From the NCBI GenBank assembly GCA_963781585.1, contig CAWAGQ010000008.1:32001-96000 (forward strand): a DNA stretch of 64,000 nucleotides, in the 5' to 3' direction. The translations under genes and the position numbers were made by a program. The notes beneath the pieces were generated by a model. It was given only the letters and a program-made list of their open reading frames with translations, did no database searches and was not told the DNA's origin. Below, piece after piece: positions 20,400 through 30,125 of the stretch (position 1 is its first letter; each line of letters starts with the position of its first letter). Source of the stretch: an uncultured Gemmatimonadaceae bacterium. Its GTDB lineage: Bacteria > Gemmatimonadota > Gemmatimonadetes > Gemmatimonadales > Gemmatimonadaceae.

Positions 20400-21878
20400 A
20401 TGAATCGCATCGCGGTCGCGGTCCTGCCGCTCCTGTTCTTCGGGAATTGGGGTCAGACTCGAATTGCCAGCGAAGGCGCGACAGGTGGCACGCGACCGTT
20501 CGATCACTCCCCTGGCGTTCCGGGAAATTGGGGTCAGACTCGCATTTCAACGAACGCGAGAGGTGTACCGCAGCCGGTCGATGACTCCCTTGGCATTTCC
20601 AACATCGCTTGGGCTGCCGGGCCGGCCGCTCGCGCCATCGCCGACTCGCTCGACCGCATCGAGCGCGTGCTGGTCCAGGCGGTGAACGCCCGGAGTGCGG
20701 AGGAACTGGCGCTGCTGGTACGGCTGGTGAACATCAACAGCGGCACGATGAACTTTCGCGGTGTGCGGCAAGTCGGGGATGCGCTGCGCGCCGAGTTCGA
20801 CGCGCTGGGCTTCACCACTCACTGGGTGGAAGGCGCCTCGTTCCAGCGCGCGGGCCATCTGGTGGCCGAGCACAACGGCCCGGGCCCGCGCATCCTGCTG
20901 ATCGGCCATCTCGATACCGTGTTCGAGCCGACCAGCCCGTTCCAGCGATTCGAGCGGCTGAGCGATACGACCGCGCGAGGCCCCGGCGTGATCGACATGA
21001 AGGGCGGCGATGTAATCGCGCTCTACGCGCTCAAGGCGTTGCGGCAGGCGGGCGTGCTGGACCGGATGAACGTGACCGTGGTGTTCACCGGTGACGAGGA
21101 AAAGTCCGGTGCACCACTCGATTCGGCGCGGTTCGCGCTTCGTCAGGCGGCGCGCGGCTCGAAGTACGCGATCGGGTTCGAGGATGGGGACGGCGATCCG
21201 CACACGGCGGTGGTGTCGCGTCGCGGGGCCGGGGGGTGGGTGCTCCGCTCCACCGGGACGCCGGCGCACTCGTCACAGATCTTCCGCGAGGACATCGGTC
21301 CGGGGGCGATTTTCGAGACGGCCCGGGTACTGCAGGCGTTCCGCGAGCGCCTGGCGTCGCAGCAGTATCTCACTTTCAACCCCGGAGTGGCGTTAGGCGG
21401 GACCGACGTCACGCTCGACAGCACGCTCACCGACGGGTCGGCGTCGGGGAAGACCAACGTGGTGGCTCAGTCGATGGCGGTGAGCGGCGACATCCGGACC
21501 ATCTCGCCCGAGCAGCTCGAATCGGTGCGGGCCGCGATGCGCCAGATCGTGTCGCTGCACCTTCCGCACACCGGCTCGGAGATCGCGTTCGAGGACGGCT
21601 ATCCGCCGATGGCGCCCACCGACGGGAATCGGCGGCTGCTGGCGCTCTACGATTCGGTGAGCCGCGACCTCGGTCTGGGCCCGGTGACGGCGGTGGATCC
21701 GATGCGCGCCGGCGCGGCGGACGTGTCGTTCGTGGCGCCGCTGGTGCCGAACATCATCGACGGCGTAGGGTTGGCAGGGTGGGACGATCACACCGAGAAG
21801 GAGACGGCGGATCTCCGGATGCTCGCTCCGCTGACGAGGCGGGCGGCGGTGTTGTTGTACCGGTTGTCGCGGCGCTAG
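20400..21878 (+). CDS. M20 metallopeptidase (glutamate carboxypeptidase-like)
   Basis: GHLDTVF, GVIDMKGG, GDEE and H near the C-terminus. Confidence 0.88.
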   Translation: MNRIAVAVLPLLFFGNWGQTRIASEGATGGTRPFDHSPGVPGNWGQTRISTNARGVPQPVDDSLGISNIAWAAGPAARAIADSLDRIERVLVQAVNARSAEELALLVRLVNINSGTMNFRGVRQVGDALRAEFDALGFTTHWVEGASFQRAGHLVAEHNGPGPRILLIGHLDTVFEPTSPFQRFERLSDTTARGPGVIDMKGGDVIALYALKALRQAGVLDRMNVTVVFTGDEEKSGAPLDSARFALRQAARGSKYAIGFEDGDGDPHTAVVSRRGAGGWVLRSTGTPAHSSQIFREDIGPGAIFETARVLQAFRERLASQQYLTFNPGVALGGTDVTLDSTLTDGSASGKTNVVAQSMAVSGDIRTISPEQLESVRAAMRQIVSLHLPHTGSEIAFEDGYPPMAPTDGNRRLLALYDSVSRDLGLGPVTAVDPMRAGAADVSFVAPLVPNIIDGVGLAGWDDHTEKETADLRMLAPLTRRAAVLLYRLSRR

Positions 21879-21935
21879 CCGGAATCGGAGTCAGACTCGA
21901 ATTCCCGTCGAATGGGCCAGCGTCTGACCCCAATT
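20445..21935. repeat. REP-like palindromic units AATTGGGGTCAGACTCGAATT (4 copies)
   Basis: Copies at 20445-20465, 20526-20542, 21883-21903 and, inverted, 21922-21935. Confidence 0.7.
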
Positions 21936-23006
21936 GTCTGCGCGGTTGCGCTGCTGGGATGCGGGTCGGGACGCGGCGCGCCGCAGGCCGCATCAGACCA
22001 GACGATGCCCCGCCGCGAGTGGCGCGATCACCCGCCGGCGCCGCGCGAGTACGTCGCGCTTCGCCGCGACGGCGCGCTGGCGGTGGACGGACGCCTCGAT
22101 GACCCGGCGTGGGGACCGGCGCCCTGGTCCTCCGACTTCACCGACATCGAGGGCGACGTGCGTCCCGCGCCCCGTTTTCGCACGCGCGTGAAGATGCTCT
22201 TCGACAGCACGTACTGGTACATCGGCGCCGAGCTGGAGGAGCCCGATCTGTGGGCGACGATCCGCCAGCGCGATGCGGTCATTTTTCACGACAACGATTT
22301 CGAGCTGTTCGTGGATCCTGACGGCGACACACACCGGTACGTCGAACTCGAGATCAACGCGCTCGCGACCCCGTGGGATCTGTTTCTGCCGGTGCCCTAT
22401 CGCGACGGCGGGCACGCGGTGGATTCGTTCAACATCACCGGACTTCTGGCGCGGGTCGCACTCGACGGAACGCTCAACGATCCGCGCGATCGTGACCGGG
22501 GATGGACCGTGGAGCTGGCCATTCCGTGGACGTCGCTGGCGGATTCGGGCCGCACTGCCGTGCCTCCGCGCGAAGGCGATGCATGGCGGGTGAACTTCTC
22601 GCGCGTGGAGTGGGATGTGGACACGACCGCCGGTGCGTACGCGAAGCGCACGAATCCGGCAACCGGCAAGCCGCTCCCCGAGCACAACTGGGTCTGGTCG
22701 CCGCAGGGCGCGATCAACATGCACATGCCCGAGATGTGGGGAATCGTGCACTTCGCTCATGCGGCCCCGTCCGACAGCGCCACCCGGGCGACACAGTGGA
22801 CGCTCCGCCGCGTATACTATGCGCAGCGGGACTATCGGCAGCGCCACCGACGGTACGCCGAAGATCCGGTCGCGTTAGGCATGGCGTCCAACGCACGCGA
22901 CCTGGTGATGGTGACCCTGGCCGATGGATGGGAAGCGTCGCTGCCGGCGACCAGCGGTGGCGGACGCTGGCATATCCGGACCGACGGGAGACTCTGGCGG
23001 GAGTAG
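21912..23006 (+). CDS. CBM9-like sugar-binding lipoprotein
   Basis: VDGRLDDPAW, FHDNDFELFVDPDGD, WRVNFSRVEW and NWVWSPQG. Confidence 0.85.
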   Translation: MGQRLTPIVCAVALLGCGSGRGAPQAASDQTMPRREWRDHPPAPREYVALRRDGALAVDGRLDDPAWGPAPWSSDFTDIEGDVRPAPRFRTRVKMLFDSTYWYIGAELEEPDLWATIRQRDAVIFHDNDFELFVDPDGDTHRYVELEINALATPWDLFLPVPYRDGGHAVDSFNITGLLARVALDGTLNDPRDRDRGWTVELAIPWTSLADSGRTAVPPREGDAWRVNFSRVEWDVDTTAGAYAKRTNPATGKPLPEHNWVWSPQGAINMHMPEMWGIVHFAHAAPSDSATRATQWTLRRVYYAQRDYRQRHRRYAEDPVALGMASNARDLVMVTLADGWEASLPATSGGGRWHIRTDGRLWRE

Positions 23007-23072
23007 TCGAAGGCGGTTCGGCGGCGGGGCACGTCCGCGGGCGGGCAGGACCGATCAGGAACAGGGGATTCG

Positions 23073-24206
23073 ATGCGAAGACGGACATTCCTGGAACGGG
23101 TCGGAGGGGCGGCTGCGGGAGCGGCGATCGTCCACTTGGGGCGGGCGCGCGCCGCGATAGCTGCGGGACGCGTCACCGGGACGGCCGCGGCGGAGGGGCC
23201 CACCTCTCCTCCCCCGGACTTCGCCGCGTGGACCTGGGTCCATGGCAATGCGCGCGACGCGGCCGCGGATTGGCGCGCGCGCTTCGCACGCCTCCGGGCC
23301 GCCGGCATCACGGGCGTGCTGGTGGGCGGCGGCGACACGACCACGCTCGCTGACGCCGCGCGCGCCGAGGGACTGCGGTTCCATCGCTGGACCTGGATCA
23401 TGAATCGCAGCAGCGACGACTGGGTCAAGAAGAACCATCCCGAGTGGTTCGACGTGAGCCGGAAGGGCGAGTCGAGCCTGGATCACCCGCCCTACGTCCC
23501 GTACTACCAGTGGCTCTGTCCGACGCGACCGGAGGTCCGGGAGTATCTGCGGGGCGTGGTGGACGAGGTGGCGAAGCACCCCGGCGTGGACGGCGTGCAC
23601 CTGGACTACATCCGTCACCCCGATGTCATCCTGCCCAGGGGCTTGTGGTCGAAGTACCACCTGGTGCAGGACCACGAGATGCCGGAGTACGACTTCTGTT
23701 ACTGCGAGGTCTGCCGCACGGCGTTCCGCGCCCAGTCGGCCACCGATCCCCTGCAGCTGCCCGATCCCTCGGCCGATCAGGCGTGGCGCGAGTTCCGGTG
23801 GAATTCGATCACCGGCGTGGTACGCGAGCTGTCGGGCACGGTGCGCGCGCGGGGGAAGCAGATCACCGCCGCGGTCTTCCCCACGCCGACCATCGCGCGC
23901 AAGCTCGTCAGGCAGGCCTGGGACCAGTGGCCGCTGGACGCGGTCTTCCCGATGCTTTACCACGGGTTCTACGAGGAGGACATTCCGTGGATCGGCACAT
24001 CGGCACGGGAGGGAGTGCAGGCCGTGCCGGCTGGCGAGCCGCTCTACGCGGGCCTGTACCTCCCCGACCTCGATCCTCCCTCGTTAGGTCGGGCGATCCG
24101 CGCGGCGCGCGAGGGTGGCGCGCGCGGCGTGTCGTTCTTCGACTCGAACGGCTTGACCGACGCGCATCTGGCGGTGGTGCGGGAAGAGATAGTCCATAGC
24201 TCGTAG
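23073..24206 (+). CDS. Tat-exported glycosyl hydrolase-like 10 (GHL10) protein
   Basis: RRRTFL, WLCP and VDGVHLDYIR. Confidence 0.8.
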   Translation: MRRRTFLERVGGAAAGAAIVHLGRARAAIAAGRVTGTAAAEGPTSPPPDFAAWTWVHGNARDAAADWRARFARLRAAGITGVLVGGGDTTTLADAARAEGLRFHRWTWIMNRSSDDWVKKNHPEWFDVSRKGESSLDHPPYVPYYQWLCPTRPEVREYLRGVVDEVAKHPGVDGVHLDYIRHPDVILPRGLWSKYHLVQDHEMPEYDFCYCEVCRTAFRAQSATDPLQLPDPSADQAWREFRWNSITGVVRELSGTVRARGKQITAAVFPTPTIARKLVRQAWDQWPLDAVFPMLYHGFYEEDIPWIGTSAREGVQAVPAGEPLYAGLYLPDLDPPSLGRAIRAAREGGARGVSFFDSNGLTDAHLAVVREEIVHSS

Positions 24207-24305
24207 CTCCTGACAAACCCGCCGTTCGCCGATTGCACTCGTTGCCGGCTACTGATACCTGTCCACTGATTCCGTCTACCGATGCCTGACCACTGATGAC
24301 TGTTA

Positions 24306-25646
24306 CTATCGCACGACCCGCTTCATCAATCGCGCCAGTGGCCAGCTCGCGACCATCAGCGCCAGCGTGATGGTCGCGCTCTTCGGGTCCGCGTACACCA
24401 GCGTGCCGAGGATCGCGAGCGCGAACAGCAGTGCCAGCCCCGGCACCCACGGATATCCCCACGCGCGATATGGTCTCGGCGCGTCCGGCTCGCGGCGACG
24501 CAACACGAACAGCGACACGAACACCATCACGTAGCCCACGATGATGAACACCGTGTCGACGCCGAGCGCGGCGTTGAACGAGCCGGTGAACAGAAACGCG
24601 GCAATCGCCACAACGCTCAGCAGCATCGCCACACCGGGCGTTCCACCCGCGTTCACCTGCGCCGCCTGTCTGGGGAAGAGCCGGTCCCGGCTCATCGCGA
24701 GCAGGATACGGGGCGTTGTCATCATCTGGGCGTTCACGGTCCCGATGACCGAGACGATCATGACGGCGCGAATGATCGCATCGCCACGCGCTCCGAACAA
24801 CGCGCGCGCAACTGTCCCGCCCACGAACGCATCTCCCGCCATGCTCGAAATGGGCACGATCGTCACGAACGCGGCGTTCACCAGCAGGTAGATGGCGATG
24901 ATCAGCAGCAGCCCCCGGAAGATCGACTCCGGGATGGCCCGGCCCGCGTCACGGATTTCCTCGCCGCAATAGACCACCGCATAGTAGCTGTCGTAGGTGA
25001 AGACAATGCCCTGCATCGCGAGCGCCAGCGCCGCCACCAGCGCCAATCCACCCGGCATTGCCGCCGGCGCACCGGCGTCGATCGCGGTGTGCGGAAGGAA
25101 GAACGCGGCGGCGATCAGACCCACCAGCGCCAGGGTCTTGAGGACGCTGGTCACCTCCTGCATGCGCCCGCCCCACAGCACGCCCCGCAATTGCAGCAGC
25201 ACGATGCCGGCGAAGACCGCGAACCCGGTGAGCGTCGCATGCCCCGCGAGCGGGACGAACAGCACGCCGAGGTACTCGCCGATCAGAAGGATCAGCGCGG
25301 CCGACGACACCGACCAGTTCATCCAGTCGACGGCACCCACGAAGAAGCCGACGCCGTCGCCCATCGCGCGCTGCGCGAAGGTGTAGATCCCCCCCGATCG
25401 CGGAATCATCGTCCCGAGCTCCGCGTAGGCCGTGGCCCCGAACAACGCGTTCACCGCGCCGAACACCCACACCGCCATGAACAGCGTGACGTCAGGCAGC
25501 TGCCGTGCCACATCGCCCGGCGTGTGGAGGATGCCGCCACCGATCGTCGCGCCGATGGCGATTGCCAGCGCGAACGCCGATCCGAGGACGCGCAGCAGCC
25601 CCCGTGGGTGTGGGCGTACCGATTCGGCGGCTGCAGTCACCACCAT
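24306..25646 (-). CDS. APC family amino acid permease
   Basis: GATIGGGILHTPG and PRPYRAWGYP. Confidence 0.88.
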   Translation of the reverse strand: MVVTAAAESVRPHPRGLLRVLGSAFALAIAIGATIGGGILHTPGDVARQLPDVTLFMAVWVFGAVNALFGATAYAELGTMIPRSGGIYTFAQRAMGDGVGFFVGAVDWMNWSVSSAALILLIGEYLGVLFVPLAGHATLTGFAVFAGIVLLQLRGVLWGGRMQEVTSVLKTLALVGLIAAAFFLPHTAIDAGAPAAMPGGLALVAALALAMQGIVFTYDSYYAVVYCGEEIRDAGRAIPESIFRGLLLIIAIYLLVNAAFVTIVPISSMAGDAFVGGTVARALFGARGDAIIRAVMIVSVIGTVNAQMMTTPRILLAMSRDRLFPRQAAQVNAGGTPGVAMLLSVVAIAAFLFTGSFNAALGVDTVFIIVGYVMVFVSLFVLRRREPDAPRPYRAWGYPWVPGLALLFALAILGTLVYADPKSATITLALMVASWPLARLMKRVVR

Positions 25647-25718
25647 CTTCCCGATGGCCTCGGCAGGCGGCTGGCGCGCCGTCCGACCGTGCAGGTGCTC
25701 CCGACGTTGTCGCGCCGT

Positions 25719-27281
25719 TCAGCGCCCAATCCGCACCACCAGCTCCTTGCCGCGCCATTCGGCCGGGTCGACATCGCGCCCGAGCGCCGTCACCCGTCGG
25801 GTGCCCGACGGGTAGGTGACCTCGACGTCCACGTGCCCGGGGGTCGCGAGCCCGAAGTGCACCGGCATGTCGCTCTGCGCGTCGTACCCCGACCCGCTGT
25901 CCACCAGCCGCGTGCCGAGCAACTGGCGGGTTCCGCTGGCGTAGAGCCGCACCTCGGCGCCGCTCCGCGTGGCATGCCCCGAGTCGTCCAGCACCCGCAC
26001 CGCGAGCGAGCGCGCCGCCGCATCCGGCGCGAGCATGTTGCGCAGGAGATAGTGCATGCCGTCGGGCCGCGATCCGGTGAGCGCCAGATCCTCGTCGCCA
26101 TCACGATCGAAGTCGGCCCACTCCACACCGTGATCCGCCTGCAGCGCGACGACGTTCTGCGGCGTCACGTCCTCGAACCGCGTGCCGGTGTTGCGAAGGA
26201 GGTAATCGCGGTAGCTCACCCCGCCGGTGACCGTGCCATTCACGTAGAGGTCGAGACGGCCATCGTGATCGAAATCGGCGAAGGCGCAGGCGTCGTAGCG
26301 CGAGTCGATCGCGACGCCCCAGGCCGCCGACGCATCCTCGAAGCGCAAGCCGTTCCGCCGGAGGAACAGCCCGTTCCGTCCATAGTTGGCGGCGAACAGG
26401 TCGAGATGCCCGTCGCCGTCCACGTCGGCGGCGCAGGGCCGGACCGTCCCATTGGTTGAATCGTCAGGCAGGCGACCGCCCCAGTTCACGCCCTCGATGG
26501 CCGCCACATCGACGAATCGGCCGCCGTCGTTGCGGAACAGCCCGTTCGCATCGCCGTCCATGTTCGCCACGTACACGTCCAGGTCGCCGTCCTCGTCGTA
26601 GTCGAACCACACCGCGCCCACGCTGCGCCGTGGATCGTCGAGCCCCACCGACCGCCCGATTTCGGTGAAATGGCCGCGGTCGTTCCGGTACAGCGCGTTA
26701 GGCCGGTCGCGGAAGGCGACGAACAGATCGAGATCGCCATCGCCGTCGTAGTCGACCCAGACCGGCTGGCGCACCGTGCCCGAGTCGCGTTGCAGCTGCG
26801 CGTCGACGGTCAGGTCGGTGAAGTGGCCACGGTCGTTCCGATAGAGGCGCAGGACCGACCCGGCGGCGGGAGTGAATCCCACCAGCAGGTCCGGGTCGCC
26901 GTCGTTGTCGAAGTCGCCCCATGCCGCGGCGCGTGTGGGATGCGCGTCGGCCACGCCGGCCGCGGCGCCGACCTCCACGAAGGTCCCGCTGTCGTTGCGG
27001 TACAGCCGGTTGGGTGCGCCGTTGAATCCGACGAACAGATCGAGATCGCCGTCGCCGTCGAAATCGGCGAACGCATTGGTGAGCGCACCGCCGGCCGCGA
27101 ACAGGTCGGGCTGCACGACCTCGAACGTCGGCGGGGCGCTCGGCCGCGGGGCGCCGGTTGCGGCGAGCAGTCCGAATGCCGCCGCCAGATATCCGCGGCG
27201 TCGACTGCTGCCAGGGCGCGAGCGCCAGAGGCTATGCGGGATTCCGGGGGCCTGGCTCGGGGAGATCGCGGGTGTGTTCAT
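25719..27281 (-). CDS. CRTAC1/ASPIC-UnbV FG-GAP repeat protein
   Basis: Repeated DFDGDGDLDLFV; C-terminal GSGYDAQSDMPVHFGL. Confidence 0.88.
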   Translation of the reverse strand: MNTPAISPSQAPGIPHSLWRSRPGSSRRRGYLAAAFGLLAATGAPRPSAPPTFEVVQPDLFAAGGALTNAFADFDGDGDLDLFVGFNGAPNRLYRNDSGTFVEVGAAAGVADAHPTRAAAWGDFDNDGDPDLLVGFTPAAGSVLRLYRNDRGHFTDLTVDAQLQRDSGTVRQPVWVDYDGDGDLDLFVAFRDRPNALYRNDRGHFTEIGRSVGLDDPRRSVGAVWFDYDEDGDLDVYVANMDGDANGLFRNDGGRFVDVAAIEGVNWGGRLPDDSTNGTVRPCAADVDGDGHLDLFAANYGRNGLFLRRNGLRFEDASAAWGVAIDSRYDACAFADFDHDGRLDLYVNGTVTGGVSYRDYLLRNTGTRFEDVTPQNVVALQADHGVEWADFDRDGDEDLALTGSRPDGMHYLLRNMLAPDAAARSLAVRVLDDSGHATRSGAEVRLYASGTRQLLGTRLVDSGSGYDAQSDMPVHFGLATPGHVDVEVTYPSGTRRVTALGRDVDPAEWRGKELVVRIGR

Positions 27282-27441
27282 GGGCAGGGTCCACGTGGGC
27301 ACCCCAACAATACCGCACGCCACCGCGCTCGGTCAGGCCGGACCCGACACCGTGCCCGCCGTTCCCCGATTGCCTCTGTCAGGTGTTGCGCCCACGGTTG
27401 CCGCAGCGGCGGGAGCGCCGCGGCTCCTGCCAGGAGGCATC

Positions 27442-27936
27442 ATGAAGGTCGAGACCCGAACCATCCTCGAGCAAGGTCTGGTTGCCGGCGTCCTGGGACA
27501 TATCGCCGTCGCCGTGGTCTTCGCCGTGGTGAATGTCGCCGCGGGACGCTCGGTGTTCTACACGCCGGCCCTCCTCGGCGCATCGCTGTTCTACGGCCTG
27601 ACCGATCCGGCGCAGCTGCAGATTCAGGCCGGATACATCTTCGCCTACAACGGGACCCACCTCCTGGTGTTCATGACGCTCGGCATCATCGGGGCGTGGA
27701 TGGCTTTCATCGCCGACAAGGGATCACAGCTCTGGTACCTGGCGATCTTCTTCTTCCTGTTCGTGGCGTTTCACATCTTCGGCTTTATCCAGCTGCTGGC
27801 CCAGCCGCTGCGTGAGTCCTTCTCCGACGTCGAGCTGTGGGCCGCGGGGTTCGTTGCCACCAGTGTGATGGTGGCGTATCTGCTCCGAGTGCACCCGCTG
27901 GTTCGGGCGGAGCTCGCGCACTGGCACGAGACGTAG
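27442..27936 (+). CDS. Hypothetical membrane protein
   Basis: AGGAGG RBS and about 4 hydrophobic helices. Confidence 0.75.
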   Translation: MKVETRTILEQGLVAGVLGHIAVAVVFAVVNVAAGRSVFYTPALLGASLFYGLTDPAQLQIQAGYIFAYNGTHLLVFMTLGIIGAWMAFIADKGSQLWYLAIFFFLFVAFHIFGFIQLLAQPLRESFSDVELWAAGFVATSVMVAYLLRVHPLVRAELAHWHET

Positions 27937-28008
27937 CGGGCCTTGGTCGTGCCTGCGGGGTCACCCCGCGGGCTCACGGTCTCCAGTCGCCGGCACCACC
28001 CGGGATGC

Positions 28009-29805
28009 CTAACGCTTCGCGGGCACGATGCCGCTGGAGATGATGAACATCCGCCCGGAGTGATATCCGTTCACACCGCTCCAGGCCGACGTGACGAGCA
28101 GGTCGATCGTGCCGTCGCCGTCCACGTCGCCGATCCCGACCGCGTCGAACCCGAAGGTGTCGCCGGGAATGCGACAGGTGTACGTGCGCAGCAGCCGGCC
28201 GTCCTTCCCCGAGTAGAGATACGCTCGTCCGCCCGACACCGCCTCGCCGGCGTACTGCCACGATCCCACGATCAGATCGGCGTGCCCGTCGCCGTCCACG
28301 TCACCGGCGCCGGCCGGGCCAATCCCGAATCCCTCTCCCGCCGTCTCCCCCGTCAATGTCAGCAGGCGATGGCCGTCGGCGCCCGAGTGCACGTAGATGC
28401 GTCCGGTGGATGGCCCTTTGGCCGCGTTGGTGAAATCCGATGCGTAGACGTCAGGCACGCCGTCGCCGTCCAGATCGCCCGGCACCGACACGAACATGGC
28501 GCCTAACGCCTGGCCGGTGGAGTCCGAGTCGATCTCGAAGCGCGGTGTGGTGGTCAGGCCCGGGTAGACGAACGTGACGCCGGTGTGGTGCGCACCGGCG
28601 CCCGGGGCGCCAGCGATCAGAAACGTGTGGCCCGCGTCGCTGTAACCGCCGACCGTGCTCCCCAGCGCGTCGTTCTCGCGCCCGCCGGTGAGCGTGAGCA
28701 GCACGTGGCCGTCCTTCCCCGAAAAGACGTAGGCCCGGCCCGCCCGCTTGCCGCCGGCGGCGTTTCCGGGCGCCCCCACCATCACGTCGGCGTGCCCGTC
28801 ATGATCCACGTCGCCGACGCCTGCCACGTGCTGCCCGAACTGATCATTCGCCGCCTCGGCCGCGAACGTGAGCAGGACGCGCCCGTCCTTCCCCGAGAAC
28901 ACGAACGCCTTCCCGGCCCCTGGTGCACCGGCCACCACGTCCGCCACTCCGTCACCATCAGTGTCGCCGGCGCGCTCCACACCGGTCCCCAGCCGCGCCC
29001 CGGGCGTGCCGTCGGCCTGCCAGAGCAGGCGACCACCGCGGCTGGAATAGACGTACACGCGGCCGGCGTTCGCGCCGTTCACGTTCTTCGTCGGCGCCGA
29101 GGTCACTACGTCCTCGGCCCCGTCGCCGTCCACGTCGCCCATGCTGCGGGCGATCCACCCGAACTGGTCGTTGATCGCCTCGCCGTCCCACTCGCGGACG
29201 ATCGTGACCGGTTCCACGAATGGATTGGCGAATTCCGCTCTGGCCGGCAGCAGCGCCTCGAGTCGCGGATCGTCGCGCATGACGGCGAACGCCGTGTCGG
29301 CCTGGACCTGCGTCATGTCGAGCTTGTGCGTGGCGCGAGCCCTCGCGAGCCACTCCAGGGCGTGGTCGCGATCCGCCATGCTCGCGTAGATCGCGGCGAC
29401 GTTGTAGAACGCGGGCGGAAAGTCTGGCTCGATGGTGAGCGCGCGCTGGTACGCGCCCAGGGCCGCAGGATAGCGCGCCATCTGCCGGTAGACGTAGCCG
29501 AGCGTGCGCCAGGCACGCGCATTGGTCGGCTCGCGTGTGGTCACCGCCTCGAGGATCCGGGCCGCGGCGGTCGTGTCGCCCGCCTGGAGCCGCGCCATGG
29601 CGTCCGGAATGCCCGGCACCCTGGTCGGCTGCGAGCCGGCGGCCGATGCCAGGACGAGCGTCGCGCCTAACGAGATCCGGCATACAAGCGCCGCGACGCG
29701 TCGTGAACACAGTGGTTCGGCGGTCCGCGGCAGTTCGACGCCAGTCTGCTCGCGCGGACGGCGCACCGGGGCGGCGGGAACGTACCGCGAAGCGAAGACC
29801 GGCAT
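28009..29805 (-). CDS. TPR plus FG-GAP (integrin alpha-like) repeat protein
   Basis: GGAGGA RBS, TPR helices and GDVDGDG..D...GAP repeats. Confidence 0.85.
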   Translation of the reverse strand: MPVFASRYVPAAPVRRPREQTGVELPRTAEPLCSRRVAALVCRISLGATLVLASAAGSQPTRVPGIPDAMARLQAGDTTAAARILEAVTTREPTNARAWRTLGYVYRQMARYPAALGAYQRALTIEPDFPPAFYNVAAIYASMADRDHALEWLARARATHKLDMTQVQADTAFAVMRDDPRLEALLPARAEFANPFVEPVTIVREWDGEAINDQFGWIARSMGDVDGDGAEDVVTSAPTKNVNGANAGRVYVYSSRGGRLLWQADGTPGARLGTGVERAGDTDGDGVADVVAGAPGAGKAFVFSGKDGRVLLTFAAEAANDQFGQHVAGVGDVDHDGHADVMVGAPGNAAGGKRAGRAYVFSGKDGHVLLTLTGGRENDALGSTVGGYSDAGHTFLIAGAPGAGAHHTGVTFVYPGLTTTPRFEIDSDSTGQALGAMFVSVPGDLDGDGVPDVYASDFTNAAKGPSTGRIYVHSGADGHRLLTLTGETAGEGFGIGPAGAGDVDGDGHADLIVGSWQYAGEAVSGGRAYLYSGKDGRLLRTYTCRIPGDTFGFDAVGIGDVDGDGTIDLLVTSAWSGVNGYHSGRMFIISSGIVPAKR

Positions 29806-29971
29806 CAGCGTCCTCCATATGGGGGTCAGGCGCGCAGCCGCGAGCAGCCGTGAACTCCGGTCACCGATCGCTCCGCAACGCGCGAGGAGCAAGTGAGTCT
29901 TGCCGTCGGCCTCCCGAGCCGCCAGCCACATGGGACAGGCCGCGAGGTTGGCGGGGCCGGAAGCGGCGCCG

Positions 29972-30090
29972 CTACCCGATCGGCACGAAGCGCAACGCCG
30001 CCGAATCGATGCAGTCGCGGCGGCCGGTGGGGCGCGAGCCGTCGTCGAACGCCCGGATGCGCGTCGCACCGCTTGCACCGCACTTCGCTC
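29972..30090 (-). pseudogene. msrB: msrB 3' remnant
   Basis: EVRCKRCDAH, then a frameshift, then FDDGSRPTGRRDCIDSAALRFVP; resembles the MsrB C-terminus. Confidence 0.65.
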
Positions 30091-30125
30091 TCGTCAGGCG
30101 TTCGCGGTGCCAGCTGGCCGGTCTC

